Source: an uncultured Clostridia bacterium (GTDB taxonomy: Bacteria; Bacillota; Clostridia; Christensenellales; DTU072). Taken from it: a stretch of 64,000 nt of DNA. Position 1 is the stretch's first letter; the number at the start of each line of letters is the position of its first letter. The notes under the pieces were generated by a model that saw only the letters and a list, made by a program, of their open reading frames with translations, made no database searches and was not told the DNA's origin. The stretch is from assembly GCA_944362765.1 (NCBI GenBank), contig CALVTP010000002.1, positions 52,550 through 116,549 of the forward strand, in the 5' to 3' direction. Shown piece after piece: positions 33,022 through 46,000 of this stretch. The position numbers were made by a program, and so were the translations under genes.

Positions 33022-33125
33022 GGACGGATACGGATACTCGATAAGCTATCGCTCCGTCGGCTCGAAGGGTGTTTGCCCTTGGGGCAAACACTTGGGCTAC
33101 GCACTTTTGCCGGCGCAAAAGTGCG
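33022..33125 (+). ncRNA. Candidate structured RNA or 5' leader (three consecutive hairpins) downstream of the orphan promoter
   Basis: Hairpin 0: GACGGA..CGATA-AGC-TATCG..TCCGTC (33023-33058). Hairpin 1: GTGTTTGCCC-TTG-GGGCAAACAC (33069-33091). Hairpin 2: GCACTTTTGC-CGGC-GCAAAAGTGC (33101-33124). No known family recognised, and no T-run afterwards. Confidence 0.25.
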
Positions 33126-33141
33126 CGCCCGCGCTCGCTCG

Positions 33142-33430
33142 AATCGTGGCGGAGTCGTTAATATCGTGGCGGTTTTACGGCGTTGTTTGTGTAATATGGC
33201 AGAGCCGAGAGTATCATAGCGCTCTTACGGCTTTTCGGTGAGATATGGCGTAGTCGTAATAATCGTGGAGTGGTTTTATGTTTTCGGTTAAATCATAGCG
33301 AGATTGTGGTAATCGTGGCGGTTTTACGGCGTTGTTTGTTTAGTAAGGCGGAGTCGAGGGTATCGTGGCGATCTTACGGCGCTTTCTTTGAGTTACGGCG
33401 GAGTCATAATAAGCGTGGCGCTTTATATTT
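33142..33430. repeat. Degenerate tandem array, period 49-50 bp, about 6 copies
   Basis: ATCGTGGCG-like heads at 33143, 33163, 33213 (ATCATAGCG), 33262, 33312, 33362 and 33412 (AGCGTGGCG). Each unit also contains TTACGGCG and GGCGGAGTCG-like sub-motifs. Confidence 0.8.
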
Positions 33431-33438
33431 AATCAAAA

Positions 33439-33537
33439 AGGGTTGGTGACGGTCGCAGAGATAGGGTTGGCGAGGGTCGGCAGAGACAAGGTTGGCGAGG
33501 GTTAACTAAGACAGGGTTGGCGATGGTCGGCAGAGGA
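33439..33537. repeat. Tandem repeat, period 24-26 bp, 4 copies
   Basis: AGGGTTGGTGACGGTCGCAGAGAT / AGGGTTGGCGAGGGTCGGCAGAGACA / AGGTTGGCGAGGGTTAACTAAGAC / AGGGTTGGCGATGGTCGGCAGAGGA. Confidence 0.85.
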
Positions 33538-33929
33538 AAAATATTGATTAGTAGGTAAATTAAATATTTCCCAAAACATTCAAAAATAGATTGTAAAACT
33601 AACCGTTACGGATGCGGGTTTTGCTTGGGAAAAGGGCGGAATGACGAGCGGGAAACAAAGCGGAGGAAGGGGATCAGGCGGTTGGCGGAAGCGGGGCTAA
33701 AGGAGCCAAAAGGTAAAATAATAGTATAATTTTCGGGAGGCGGAGCGGCGGAAGCGGGCAATAAAAATTTTTCACGAAAAATTCAAAGTTGCATTTTTAT
33801 TTATTTTGCGCGCGTGAATTTAATGTTTCGTGTGCTTTGAGGGGAGGATTTTGCGCTTTGAAAGGTCCGGCAGGTGAAATTGCGGTGAAATCCCGAAAAA
33901 ATTTACCTTTGATTGACTTTGCCCCTTTA

Positions 33930-33959
33930 TTGACACACGCGTAATAAAAAGAGTAAAAT
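33930..33959 (+). promoter_or_regulatory. Sigma-A-type promoter of the 9.6k-aa gene
   Basis: TTGACA (33930-33935), 18-bp spacer, TAAAAT (33954-33959). It lies about 80 nt upstream of the ATG at 34039. A second TTGACT is at 33912. Confidence 0.5.
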
Positions 33960-34038
33960 TGCTGCGTAGGGTTCGGATGCCGGATTGCCGATGTCCGATC
34001 GCCCGAAAGCGAAGACTCCATTGGCTCCGGAGAAGCAT

Positions 34039-37000
34039 ATGAAACACAAAATTTTCATCCGACTTTTAATCATCGTTTTATCCCTTGCCGTAGTGGCGGG
34101 GATAGTTGCCTGTTCGCCTCGTGACGAAGCGTTGACCGACCCGGAGATCGTTCCGGGTACCGAAGTCGACATCGTCGATCAGGTGGTGACGAGCGAACAA
34201 ATCACCAGCGACGAATCGAGAGAACTTGTGGACGAGGCAATGAACAATTACCGCGAGATCCACGCGGCGCCCAGCGATCCCGAATGGTACGTGATCGACA
34301 TGCTGCTTACATACGATTACGACTATTTCTGGCTGGATGAAAACGAGAAGATGGACAAGACGTCCTCCTTCGAATTTGAATTCAAAGCCAACATGAATCT
34401 GAAAGACAACAACGAGAGCCAGGTTTTCATTCAGCTTCGCAATTCGGGCGGCACGCCGATATTCGGACTTTACTATGTCGAAAATTACGCTTATTTTGTT
34501 ATAGGCAGCAACCGCTATTACGCAAGGGAGATAAACTTCGGGCAGCTGGGGATGCTGATTTACGAGGGACTGGGCTCGCTTGCCGAAAGTTCCGGAATAA
34601 ATCTGGATATTTTCGGGATTCTGGCGGGACTTCCGACCGGTTCCACCGGCATAGCGTTGATAGACGGTATTTTGCCGTTGGTTTCCGGAATTTTCTTTAA
34701 CACGAAAGACATCACGCTGAACTCTTCCGATATCGACGAAGATGGCAATTTCAACACGCAGACCATCAGCACTTCGTTACTGCTCAACAATCTGTTGACG
34801 CTTCTGCAGAACGAAGACGGGCTCGGTATCGAAGGGTTAGTAGGTATCCCGCCCATCTGGTTCGGCGGAATTTGGGATCTGGCCGGCATCGACCTCGACC
34901 CCGTTTTAAACCAATTCCTCGGCTTCACGCTTGCCGAGCTTGCCGTAAAGCAATGGCAGCCGATGGACGCAAGGTATAACGTTATCACGGAAAGGCAGCT
35001 TGTCACGCGCGTGGACGCGGACGGATTTGAAGAGAGCTCCTATGAATACGTGGCGACCGGCTGGGGGCTGACGATAGACACCCTTTTGAATTCGCTCGGC
35101 GAAAATGACAACAAGGCGGGCGGTATGTCTTCTGTCAGAAGCAAGTGGGGCAACACCGAACCTTCCCAATTTGTCGCTACCGAGGAGCTGCCGTTTGTCG
35201 AAGAGTATACGGTGGACATTTACTTCTCGCCGATGATGTACGCGTCGAACGAGCCGATCGGCATCAACTTCGCCAACCTCGACGCCAACGAGGACGGCAG
35301 AGGTTCCGTTTATTCTTCGGGCGGACTCGGCAACCTCGGTCTGGAAGCGACCTTGTCCATAGAGGCGGATAACGGTACCGTCACTTTAAACGACATTCTG
35401 GGCGATTTCCTCGATGTCGACCTCGGGGCATTGGGCGAGATGCCGATACAATTTACGGGCTTCACGCCGGGGAACGACTTTTACGATCTCGGCATAAGCC
35501 TCAACCTCGGACTTGACTTCTTCGAAGGTATGAACACCAACGTCGAAGCTACCATTTCCTATAATTCCAATCCGCTTATCAGGGTGTATCTTGACGACAA
35601 CGTGCTGTACCTGAATTTCGACGGGCTGAAGCTTGCGGACGGCACTGCGGCAGGAAAGGAAATTCTTCCCAAGATAAAAATTCCGAACTTTAACATCAAC
35701 GCGCTTCTGGACGGGCTGTTCCTGGATATGATAAAGCCCTTCCTTGACCCGGACGCCGTTCCGGTTGCGGGGATACTCGGCGGAGGCTCGGCTTCCGGCG
35801 CTTCGAACGCACAGAACGCCGAAGGCGATACGGGGACTTCCATAGACGTCATGGCGCTTATCGGCACGATACTCGACAACTTCGAATTCCCCGGCAGGGG
35901 CGAATATGTCGAGGACAGGGACGGTAACCTCGTTTTAGACGAAAACGGGCAGCCGATCCCGAACAACTTCGATATTTATATGAACCTTGATTCCGCCGAG
36001 CTCGGCGATTTGCTGGCAAGCTTCGGGCTTCCCGTCAATCCCGGCGGACAACTCGGTTCGGGGCTCGGGGTACAGCTGTACTTCAATCAATACGATCCCA
36101 TCAACACATTCTCGCTTTCTGTAAACGTCACCGAGGATATCGGACTCGGGCTGACGATAGACAGATTAAGCTATTTAAGAGAACCCGACTGGCAAAACGA
36201 CGACATGGTGCAGGGGCACACGGACGAGTACATAAATCTCGGGCTGACGGGTCCCTCGACGGACGGCGTCTGGAGCCCGGACGATCTGTTGGAAGGGCTG
36301 GTCGGTATCATAGATCCTTATTTCGAGCTTGAACTCGGCGGCGAGGTAGAACTCGGCTTGGGCGACACCACCGGCGGAGCCGACGAAAACGGCTACCACG
36401 GTCTGGATTTAAGCGCGCTTATCGGCACTTTCGTCGAAAACCTGATGCTGTTTGTGGGCGTCAATCTTGACGGGAACGATTCGATAAAAGGTACAATAGG
36501 CTACTCGATACACGGGCTTATAGACCTTATGCACCTCGACGAGCTGGAAGTTTCGGTCGATTTGTATCTGAATGAAGAAGAGAACTATATTGCAAGAATA
36601 TTCTATGTCGGAGACGTCGACACGCTCTATCTCGATTTAAGCAGCCTTGCGGAAACGCTCGGCATCGAACTGAACGAAAACGGCGGGTTGTTGAGCAGTC
36701 TGCCGATGTTGAAGATCCCGGGGCTCGGGCTGTCCGACATGCTTTCGTCGATAAGCCTGGTCGACATTCTCGCGGGAATCCTGACTTCGAATTCTCCGTC
36801 GAACGCACAGAACGCCGAAGGTGAAGGGGCGAAAGAGTACGCTCCGCTGTTCGGGCTGAATATAGACATTTCCGACGGTAATTTCGGCTTTACCGGGCTG
36901 TACGAAGCCATACTCGCGATGGGATATATCGCGCTCTTCCCCGAAGACGCCGAAATGAACCCGTGGAACGCAGCTTATTATAAAATAGCTTCGGCGGTAC

Positions 37001-40000
37001 AAAATGTCGAGGGCGACGGTACCGAGTCGGGCGGCGGTATCGACATTCTCGCGCTGATAGGAGGCGCGCTTGACAGCGTCGAACTCGACAAAACCATGGG
37101 CACTCTGACCGTGGTGGTGGCGTCTCAGGTACTGACGACGGTGGTAGGCTCTCTCCTCGAAGGATTCCCCTCCGGCGGCACTCTGCCCGAGGTCGAAGCG
37201 TATGTCAGGCTCCACCTTGACAATCTCGACTTCGAAAACATCGACGACAGCATTCTGACGATATACCTGGCGCTGCTGGCGCCCGGGGCGGACGACGAAG
37301 CGGTGCGCGCCATCAGCCTCAAAATCGACCCGATAAAGAGCCTCAGCCTCTACAAAGCCGTCAACACTAACGGCATAATGCAGGAAGAGGGCATACTGGA
37401 CGCCGACTTTACCGATATCCAGGAATTTTTGGACGATCTGAAAGTCGGTATCAATATCGGCGGCGGTCTCTCACTCGATTCCGACAAGCCACTCGATTCC
37501 GACGAGCCCATTTACTACGAAAACGATTATCTTAACGGTCTTCTCAGCGGATTGCTGAGTGGATTGGGACTGAGGTTTGACGTTTCCAAGCTCGATATCG
37601 ATCTCGGGCTGCAGATTGTCGGTACTCTCTCGTTGGGAGGCTTGCTTAAACTTGACGGCAGCGCCGGTTCCGATCCCATACAGACGTTGTTATCCGGTTC
37701 GGAAGCCATGATACGGCTTTACGACGAAAACAATGAAGATCAAATCATTCTGGCGCTGTACTTGTATAACGGAAACCTCTATCTCGACCTCAGCTACTTC
37801 GGCATTCCGAAAATAGGTATTACCGACGTACAGAAGCTTATTACCGACATTACGGAGCTGACCGCGTCTCCGACGCCGCCGCTTCCCGATAATTCGGAGT
37901 CGCTTTCCAACGATTCCGAATGGAACCTTCTCAATATCGACAACACCGAAAAATACGCAAACCTTGCCAACCCGCTTGCCGTGGCGCTCCAGGCAGTGAT
38001 AGGCACCGAAGCCGTCACCGTCAACGTTGCAAAGGACGCCATAGCGGCATTGCTCGGGATGTTGCTGAACACCGAACTTCCGATAGAGATCCAGGACACC
38101 GATTTAAGCATCAATTACGGCGGCGGGAACATCGGGCTCGAAGTGAATACGGGCGTTGACTGCTTCAACCTCGGCGTCGAACTCGGCGACGTAAAGCTGG
38201 CGGTAGGTACCTCGGCGGATGAGGATATATGGGAGGAATTCGCTTTCACCCCGCCCGTCGAAGGCTCCTTCAACATGTCCGGCGGCGGACTGCCGACCAA
38301 CATTTCCTTCGGGCTGAAAGCCGAAATAGGGGTGCATGCCGAGGACGCTACTATAGACCTCACTCCTGCGCTGTCGGGGCTTCTTGGCGATATAAGCATG
38401 GAGGTTCTGATAGAGGCGTTGGGTCTGGTGGACGAAAGCCTCACTCTTTCGATAGACGGCATTCTGAACCTCGAAGAGCTTATCAATATAGCGACTAACG
38501 GCTTCAACTTTGCAAATATCCGCGAAACCGAGGTGGCGCTTACTATAACGACGGGCGAAGACAAACCCGTTCTGGAAGTCTACTTCGTGGGCGGAGATCT
38601 GTATCTAAATATCGAAACGGGCATTATCTCACTTGACCATGTCAAGATAGAGAATGCGGGCGAGTTCATCGGCGAACTCATCTCCGACATCACCAACGGC
38701 GGCGAAGCGGGCGACGTTTCCAACGCACCGATGCTTACGGAGGGCGAGGTGACGGCAGACGAAGTCGTCTATACCTATATCACCCTTGTGCTGGCGGACG
38801 GCGGGTTGTCGCTGACGCTTGCAAAGGACTTCCTGATGGGATTGTTTGCCACTCTCGGCGTCGACCTCGGAAGCTACCTTGACAGCTTCGGCTTCGAAGT
38901 CAGTCTGGAAGCGGGGCTGAGCCCGCTCGAGGTCAATCTCGGAATCAGCCTGTGGGAAGAATCCGACAGCTCCGCAGGGGAAGGCGGCGAAAACGGATCG
39001 GGAAAGGGAGAAATAACGCTCGAAGCCTCCATCTTCGGACTGACGTTGGGTGTCGACACCCCCGCGATGGCGGTTCCCGATCTGAACGAATACAGCGTCA
39101 TTCAGAAGCTGGATACCATCGGCGTGACGCTTACGGGACAAATTACCGGTGAAATCTCCGCCGAAGGGCAGACCGGTAACGAAGAGACGGGCTTCGGAGA
39201 GGGTTATTACCACGCCTTTATCGAAGTGTTCGACGAAATTTCGAAGGTGCTCGACCAATCCGCCGCCAAGGATAAGATGGTGTGGGTAAGTCAGAAGATG
39301 CTCACCGAAGAGTGGCAGAATTACCGCAAGGAAAACGGACTCACGCCCGACCAGCTTCAGAAGCATTTGTCCGAGCTCTACGACGAGGAAGTGGCGCCGA
39401 TGAGTTACGAGACGCTTCTCGACGTTGCGTTGATTCTCGAGGTGCTGGATTCCTATATCGAAGACAATAAAGCCACCTTCGGCGGTACGATTTATTACAG
39501 AATAGAAGCGATACTCGATATTACCGATATAATGAATCTGAAACTCGCGCTGTTCCTGAACGACAGGGATGACCCGAACCTCAACGGCAACATCATGAGC
39601 GTGTCGGTCATGGGCGTTTTGGATGAAGAGACCGGCGAGTACGACATAAACCTCTTTGCCGACCTTACCAACCTTTTGTCGGACGGACTGGTAATAAAGG
39701 ACAAGATAAGGATCTCTGACTTTGACGAATTTTCGGCGTATATGGCGTCTTTTGCGGAACAATTCACCGGAAAGAACGCATCCGCGGCGCCCGTTGCGAC
39801 GGAATCTCAGAATAACGGACTGGAGCTTCCGAAGAACGCCGAAGGCGAGATAGCCGATTCCGTCATGACCGGAGCGGCGTTCGTGTTGGCGATAACCGAA
39901 CACGCCGCCGAGAACGGCATTCCGAACGGCGCGCCGATTTCGGTGGTGGCGCCTTCCGCGGCAATTTACTCGCTGATCGGTTCCTTACTGGATTCGGCAT

Positions 40001-43000
40001 TGGCAGTCGACTACGAGATGCCGATAGACGTAGAGAAGGAACAGGAAAGAATAGCAAACTTCCTTGGAAACAAATATTACGATGATGAAGAGCTTTACTA
40101 TCTGCTGCGCGGCGCATTGGCGACTTTGGCGGCGGAGCTTAACGCTCTCGGCGATTACAGCGACATAACCGAGCTTATCGACGAATTGGAAGGACTTCTG
40201 CACGAAGAATTCACGGACAAGGATGATGTCTTTATCGACGATGAGCAATTGCAAGGATATATCTCGAACGAAGCAGGCACGGATGAGGGCAGAATAGTAA
40301 GATTATTAAGAGCAGCGGGACTCACCGTCGGAGAAACCGTCACCGACGTTTGGGCGGTATACGAAGAAGCGAAAAAATATACCTCCTCCCAAAATAAGCT
40401 TACCGATGAGACTGAGATAAAAACGGCGACGGTGCTCCTTTGGGCAGGAATCAGAGAGGAGATAGCTTCCGAATACTACGACATGGTAGAAGCGGGCGAA
40501 ATGCTGGAACGCGACTGGCAATACCTCGTAAACGGGATGATAGGTAAGCTCGACGGCACCTCCTTCGATGACCTCGAAGGGAACCCGACGTATATCGACC
40601 CTTCGGATTATCCTTCGATAGACATCAGCAAGTTCTTCGGGCAATATATGCCGAGCGGACTTATTCAGATAGGCGCAGCCGAGGTTCCCGATGCCGAAGG
40701 CGACGGCACCCATGGAGCGTTCTTTTTACTAAATCTTTCGATATCCGAAGTTTTGAAATTGCAGGCGGAAATCGAAGGCATCACCGTTGAACTCTCTCCC
40801 GAAGACGACCCGTATTTTGTCGGAGTGACCGACGAGGAGACGGGAGAAGTGACGGGCGGCTTATTAAACGACGATTACTACTACCTCGACCCCTCCGCGA
40901 TGGACGCGCACAGCATAATTTTAAGGCTCTCGACGACTATTGCCTTCGACGCAAAGGATACCTCCCCGGGAGACGAAGACGGTCAAGGAAAGACGGCTAT
41001 CGACCTTACCGAAGTGGTGGGAGCCATCTTCTCCGAAGTGCTGGGCGCCGATCTCAATAACGTCGGCGCGATAATCGAGAACGCCGGCTACGACGCCAAG
41101 GAAGTGGGGCTTGACCTCGCGGTAAGATTGGGACTCGGGGACATTATGGGACTGCTTGCGGGCGAGGAGATCTACGGGCTGTTGGTAAACGCCGACTTAA
41201 GCCTCGAACTTTCCTTCAAGTCCCTCGACGCTGCGTCCGACGACGTCGCCAAGATCACTTTCTATTACACCGACGGCACCGCGTATATCGACGGCTCGGT
41301 GATAGGCGTCGAAAAGATCAGCGTGCACTACGCTCTCGGGCGTCTTTTGGAGATGTTCGGAATCGACATCAGCGACTACTATGACGACGGCTACGTGCCC
41401 GGTCCCGGTATCTCCGGAGATATAAGCGGACAATCGAACGCGGAAGCGCCGAAGAACGCCGCGGGCGCGGACGGCACAATCGCTTCCTCCCCCTCCAATG
41501 CCGAAGGCGACGGGGAGATTACCGGCGGGGATCTTCTTCCCTACCTCCACCTGATGCTCGGGAACGAAAGCGGCATAGTGCTTGACTTCCTGGGACCGTT
41601 GATTTTCGGTGTGCTCAAGGGCGTGCAGGTGGAAATCGGCGGAAAAGAGTTGAGCGGACTCCTCGAAAGAGCCGTAAACGGCAATCTCAGGCTGCAGCTC
41701 GGCATAATGGCGAAACTCGGACTTTTGGAAGATATTTACGCGAAATATCCTGAAGCAGGCGAGACGATAGACAAGTCGGTATTGGCGCTCGCGTTAAATA
41801 TAGGTAATTATACATTGGGACTCGGAATTGACGAGCTCGCGATAGATCTCGACAACACCGGAAGCAGCACTTCCATTCTTCCCGAAAGTTTCAATGCGCA
41901 GGAATACGCCACGACGGACAACCTGCAGACCGTCTACGTCAAGTTCGAACTCGGGTTCGACATTTCGGGCGACGCCAACTCCCAATTCGGATTGGATGAA
42001 ACGCTGTCGGCGCTTCTCACACAGCTCGGCGGCGAATCGACCGACCCGAACGACATAATGAATACGATAAAGGGAATGGGGCTTGCTCCCGTCATTTCGC
42101 TGCTCTCGGAGCTTTCCGACTCCTTTATTCTGGAGTTCGAAGGCAACATCAACCTTGCCGAGATCATCGACTACAACACCTTCTACAAGAGCAAGTTCTC
42201 CGTCGTGCTGCGCGACGCCAACAGGTGGGCGGAATACGACGGTGTGAGAAAGCACAAGGAAGTTTTCAGCGGGCACTACATTGGCGGAGACGAGTTCAGC
42301 TCCGAAAATCCGGGCGGGACGCTCTACCTGAACTTCGAGTGCTTCAACATTCAACCCGTCAGGATAGACAACTTCTATAAGTTCTTCGTAGGACTTTTAG
42401 AGTCGTACGGCATCAACTTAGGTGGCGGCGAAGAGGGCGAAGAGGGCACCGAAACGACGACTACGGAACCCCAAAACAGCGGTTTTGCGGGATATATTTC
42501 CAAGGACGGTTTCGATCCGTTCGCCTCACTGAGGAACATGCCGGAAGGCTCCAGCGAGCTTGCTACATATCTTAACATTCTCCTTTGCCCGGACGGCTTC
42601 TTCCTCGGAGTAGGCACCGCTGTGGTGTTTGCCATTCTGAGAGCCATCGGCGGCGAGGCTATGGACTTTTCGAGTTATGTCGACCCGATCGGCGAAATAG
42701 GAGTCGAAGTGGGGCTTTTGGGACCGGAAAAACTTCTGGGGCTGGGGCTCAACTTCAATGCCTACGAATATCTCGGAGACGACAGGGTGGTGGATGAAGA
42801 CGGAAACTACGTACTTTCCGACAACTCGATAAATCTCGAACTCAGCTTCTCTTCGGATATCGCGCTCTCCTTCGTCTATCAGTTCCAATACCATGAAGGC
42901 ATGGACTGGGAGCCGAACGAAGACGGCATAGTCGACCTTGAAATGTCGGCTCCCGAACACGCGTATATGCAGGACGGCACCACTCAGGATTACACCGTCT

Positions 43001-46000
43001 TCGATACCACCAACCCGGTAATCGGCGTCGAGACTAAGATCTACCTCGACATTGCCGCCGGAAAGGTGACCGGCACGGGCACGACGGGCGCAATTACGGA
43101 TGAAACGCTGCACGGCTACGAACTCTTCCGCGAGCCGCTTTTGAGTCTCCTGGCGGGAGTTTTGGATGTATCGCTCAGCGTACTTTTGGAAGTAATGGAG
43201 GATCAGGAGTTCTCGTTGGAAATCGAGCTCCTTGCCAATCTCCCTCTCAGAAACCTGCGCACTTTAAGCGCGCAGCTGACGATAAGGCGGGTCGACCACA
43301 ACCATAATTACATTATCGCGCGTGCGAATCTGTACAGCTCCGATCTCTATCTCGATCTCAGCAACCTCAACGGACCGCGGTTCATGATAGAGGAAGTAGT
43401 CGAGACCATTCTCGGTGAAAAGGAATTCGATCTGGGCGCCTTGGGCGATCTGTTCGGCTCCGGCGGGACGGAGACGACGACTCCGTCGAACGCAGAGGGC
43501 GATACCGGATATATCGACGGACCGAGCACTCCGATAGACCTCTATTTCGGAATGTTCTTCGAAGAATTGAACAGCTACGGACTGGCTTTGGCGCTTACGG
43601 AATCGACGGCTACCTCCCTTCTCGGAGCGCTGAACATGGGCTCGTTCGACATCTTCCCCGACCTTCTTATTCAGGTCTTCATGGCTCCGAACAAGAACAC
43701 TTTCAGACTGGGAGTCGATATCGAGGCGAGCGCCAACTACACAGACCCCGCCGACAACTCCGAACACACCTCGACGGTACTTGACCTCGGTCTCGGACTG
43801 GACGGGCTGGGCATTCAATTCGAAGGCTATGCAGCCGACGAATTGCTTATTCCGCCTTCGACGGACTACACGAGGGCGCACGACATCAACACAATTATGC
43901 TGGATGCTTCCTTCCAGATCGGCTTCAATGCCGAGGAAGGAGGAATAAAGCTTTCCAACCTGTTCATGACGCTTTTCGCTCCCGACGGCGACATAGCCAA
44001 CATCGAAGGCGTCAAAGACTCGATAGCGGGCTTCCTGTTCGATAAAGACAACCCGCTTTTATCCGAGCTGCCGCAATTTTTGATGCTCGGTGATTTCGGC
44101 GACACTCTGACTATCGACGTCACGGGTTACGTATACATCGCCGCGGGACTCCAGGGGCTTCTCGACAGACTGCAGCTGAAGGTAGTCATTTCGACGAACG
44201 CGCCGCAATTCTCCAAGGAGAACGGCAAATACCTGTTGGCGCTGTATTATCACGATTCCGATCTCTATGCCGATTTCAGCAATTTCGGAATGGGTAAAGT
44301 CATGGCGCCCGACCTTCCGAACGTCATAGAGTTCATCATCACCGGCGAATCAGCCGACGAAAGAGAGGAGAATCCTTCGAACGCCGAGGCGCTGTTTATC
44401 GAGCAATATCCCACCTGGGCTGAGGCGATGGGACTCAATAACTCCGGCGGAACTTCAAAGATTCAGGGCATCGCCAAGATACTTTTAGGTAACGACGACG
44501 GATTGATGCTGACGGTGACCGTAGAGATGCTTGCGGCGCTGATGTCGATGCTGAATGTCGATATTGACCTCGGCAGCTATGTAAAAGACGTCATCAATCC
44601 CTCCGCTTCCGTCGGAATGACCCCCGACTCCGAGTATCAGATAGGTATCTATCTCGATTCGGCGACGCACGAATGGAATACTTATGATCCCGAGACCGGC
44701 GAGCCGGTGGAAGACGAAAACGGCAATCCCGTCACCAAGCCCAACAACGCAGGAGTCGCCCTTTCCATCGGTATACTCGGGCAGTCGATAAAAGCAGACG
44801 TCAAGAACGTCCGCACCGCCGTATCCGAAGAGCTCGGCGAAGCCAGCACCTTAGCGCCCGTCATTTCGATAGAAGACAGAAAGGCGTACACATATTTTGC
44901 GCAAATCGCTCTGACGACGGGCACCAACATCCGTCTCACAATCGACCTGCAGGACGGCAACCTCGATATCAGCGAGCTGTTGAAGATAGTATTCGGCATG
45001 CTCGGGCTGGAACCGCCGGACGACATCGACACGAGCATTGACTTCACAGGCGGCGACGAGTCGCTGATATGCGAAATCTCCGTCGACATCGGCGTAGATC
45101 TGAACAGGCTGTTGTATGCCGAGGACGCCGCTGAAATCGCCAAGGCGCTGACCGTCGACCTGGTCATCGGCTACACCGTCATGGACAACACCGGCGACGC
45201 TCCCGTGGAGTACATGAGCCAGGATCTCATCAGGATTTCCCTGCTGGAAGACGTTGTGTACGCGGGCGTGGAGTTATTCGATTCCAAGCTGTTTGTAAGC
45301 CTCCACGAACTCGACCTCAACAACACGATAAGAAGAATAATGGAGAAGGTATTCGTCGTACCCGAACTCGACGACGACACCCAGATAGGCGGCGGCAACG
45401 CTTCTGAAAACGCAGAGGCGGCTTCGGCGCCTTCGAACGCGCCCGTCAGCGGCACCAACCCCATTATCGATATGTACCTGGATCAGATAGAGACGGTAGG
45501 CGATTTCATGCAGCCGCTTGTCTATCTGAACTCACAAGGTTTCGCGCTGATGGTCACGAATGGACTTCTCATAGAAGTCATCAAGGCGCTGCGCGAGATC
45601 ATAAACGAAGCCGTAGGCTCCACCGAAGATGACGTTCTGACCGACGACAACATCGAAGCCATCGTCGATGAACTTCTCGATTACATGAGCCTCGGCGTAT
45701 ACTTCGACGAGGATAAGGAAGGCAATCTTTCGATAGACGTCGGAATATCCAAAGAATCGGTGGAAGAAGACGTCGGTAACGGCGGCACTTCGGAGTCCGT
45801 CGGCTACGATATAACGCTGTCGCTCCTTCCCGATTCCCACCTTGTCATCAGTACCGACAGTTACAACGAATATATGAACGAGCTCGCGAGCTCCGAAAGC
45901 TTTACGGAGCTGAAGGAGAACGCTCTCGACATCTACGTTTCCGACGCAGACGCCACCAACTGGGAAGTAAGTGTCGGAGTCGATCTGACGCTGTCGGCGG

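Noticed and set aside
31918-33241. Plus-strand ORFs of 63-84 aa (31918-32130, 32212-32403, 32987-33241) in the non-coding tract.
   Set aside because: They are read through the repeat units. The frames are not conserved between repeat copies, there is no RBS, and one begins upstream of the only plausible promoter.
33142-33537. A possible CRISPR array.
   Set aside because: The units are contiguous degenerate tandem repeats (~70% identity) with no unique spacers and no palindromic conserved repeat. There are no cas genes in the window.
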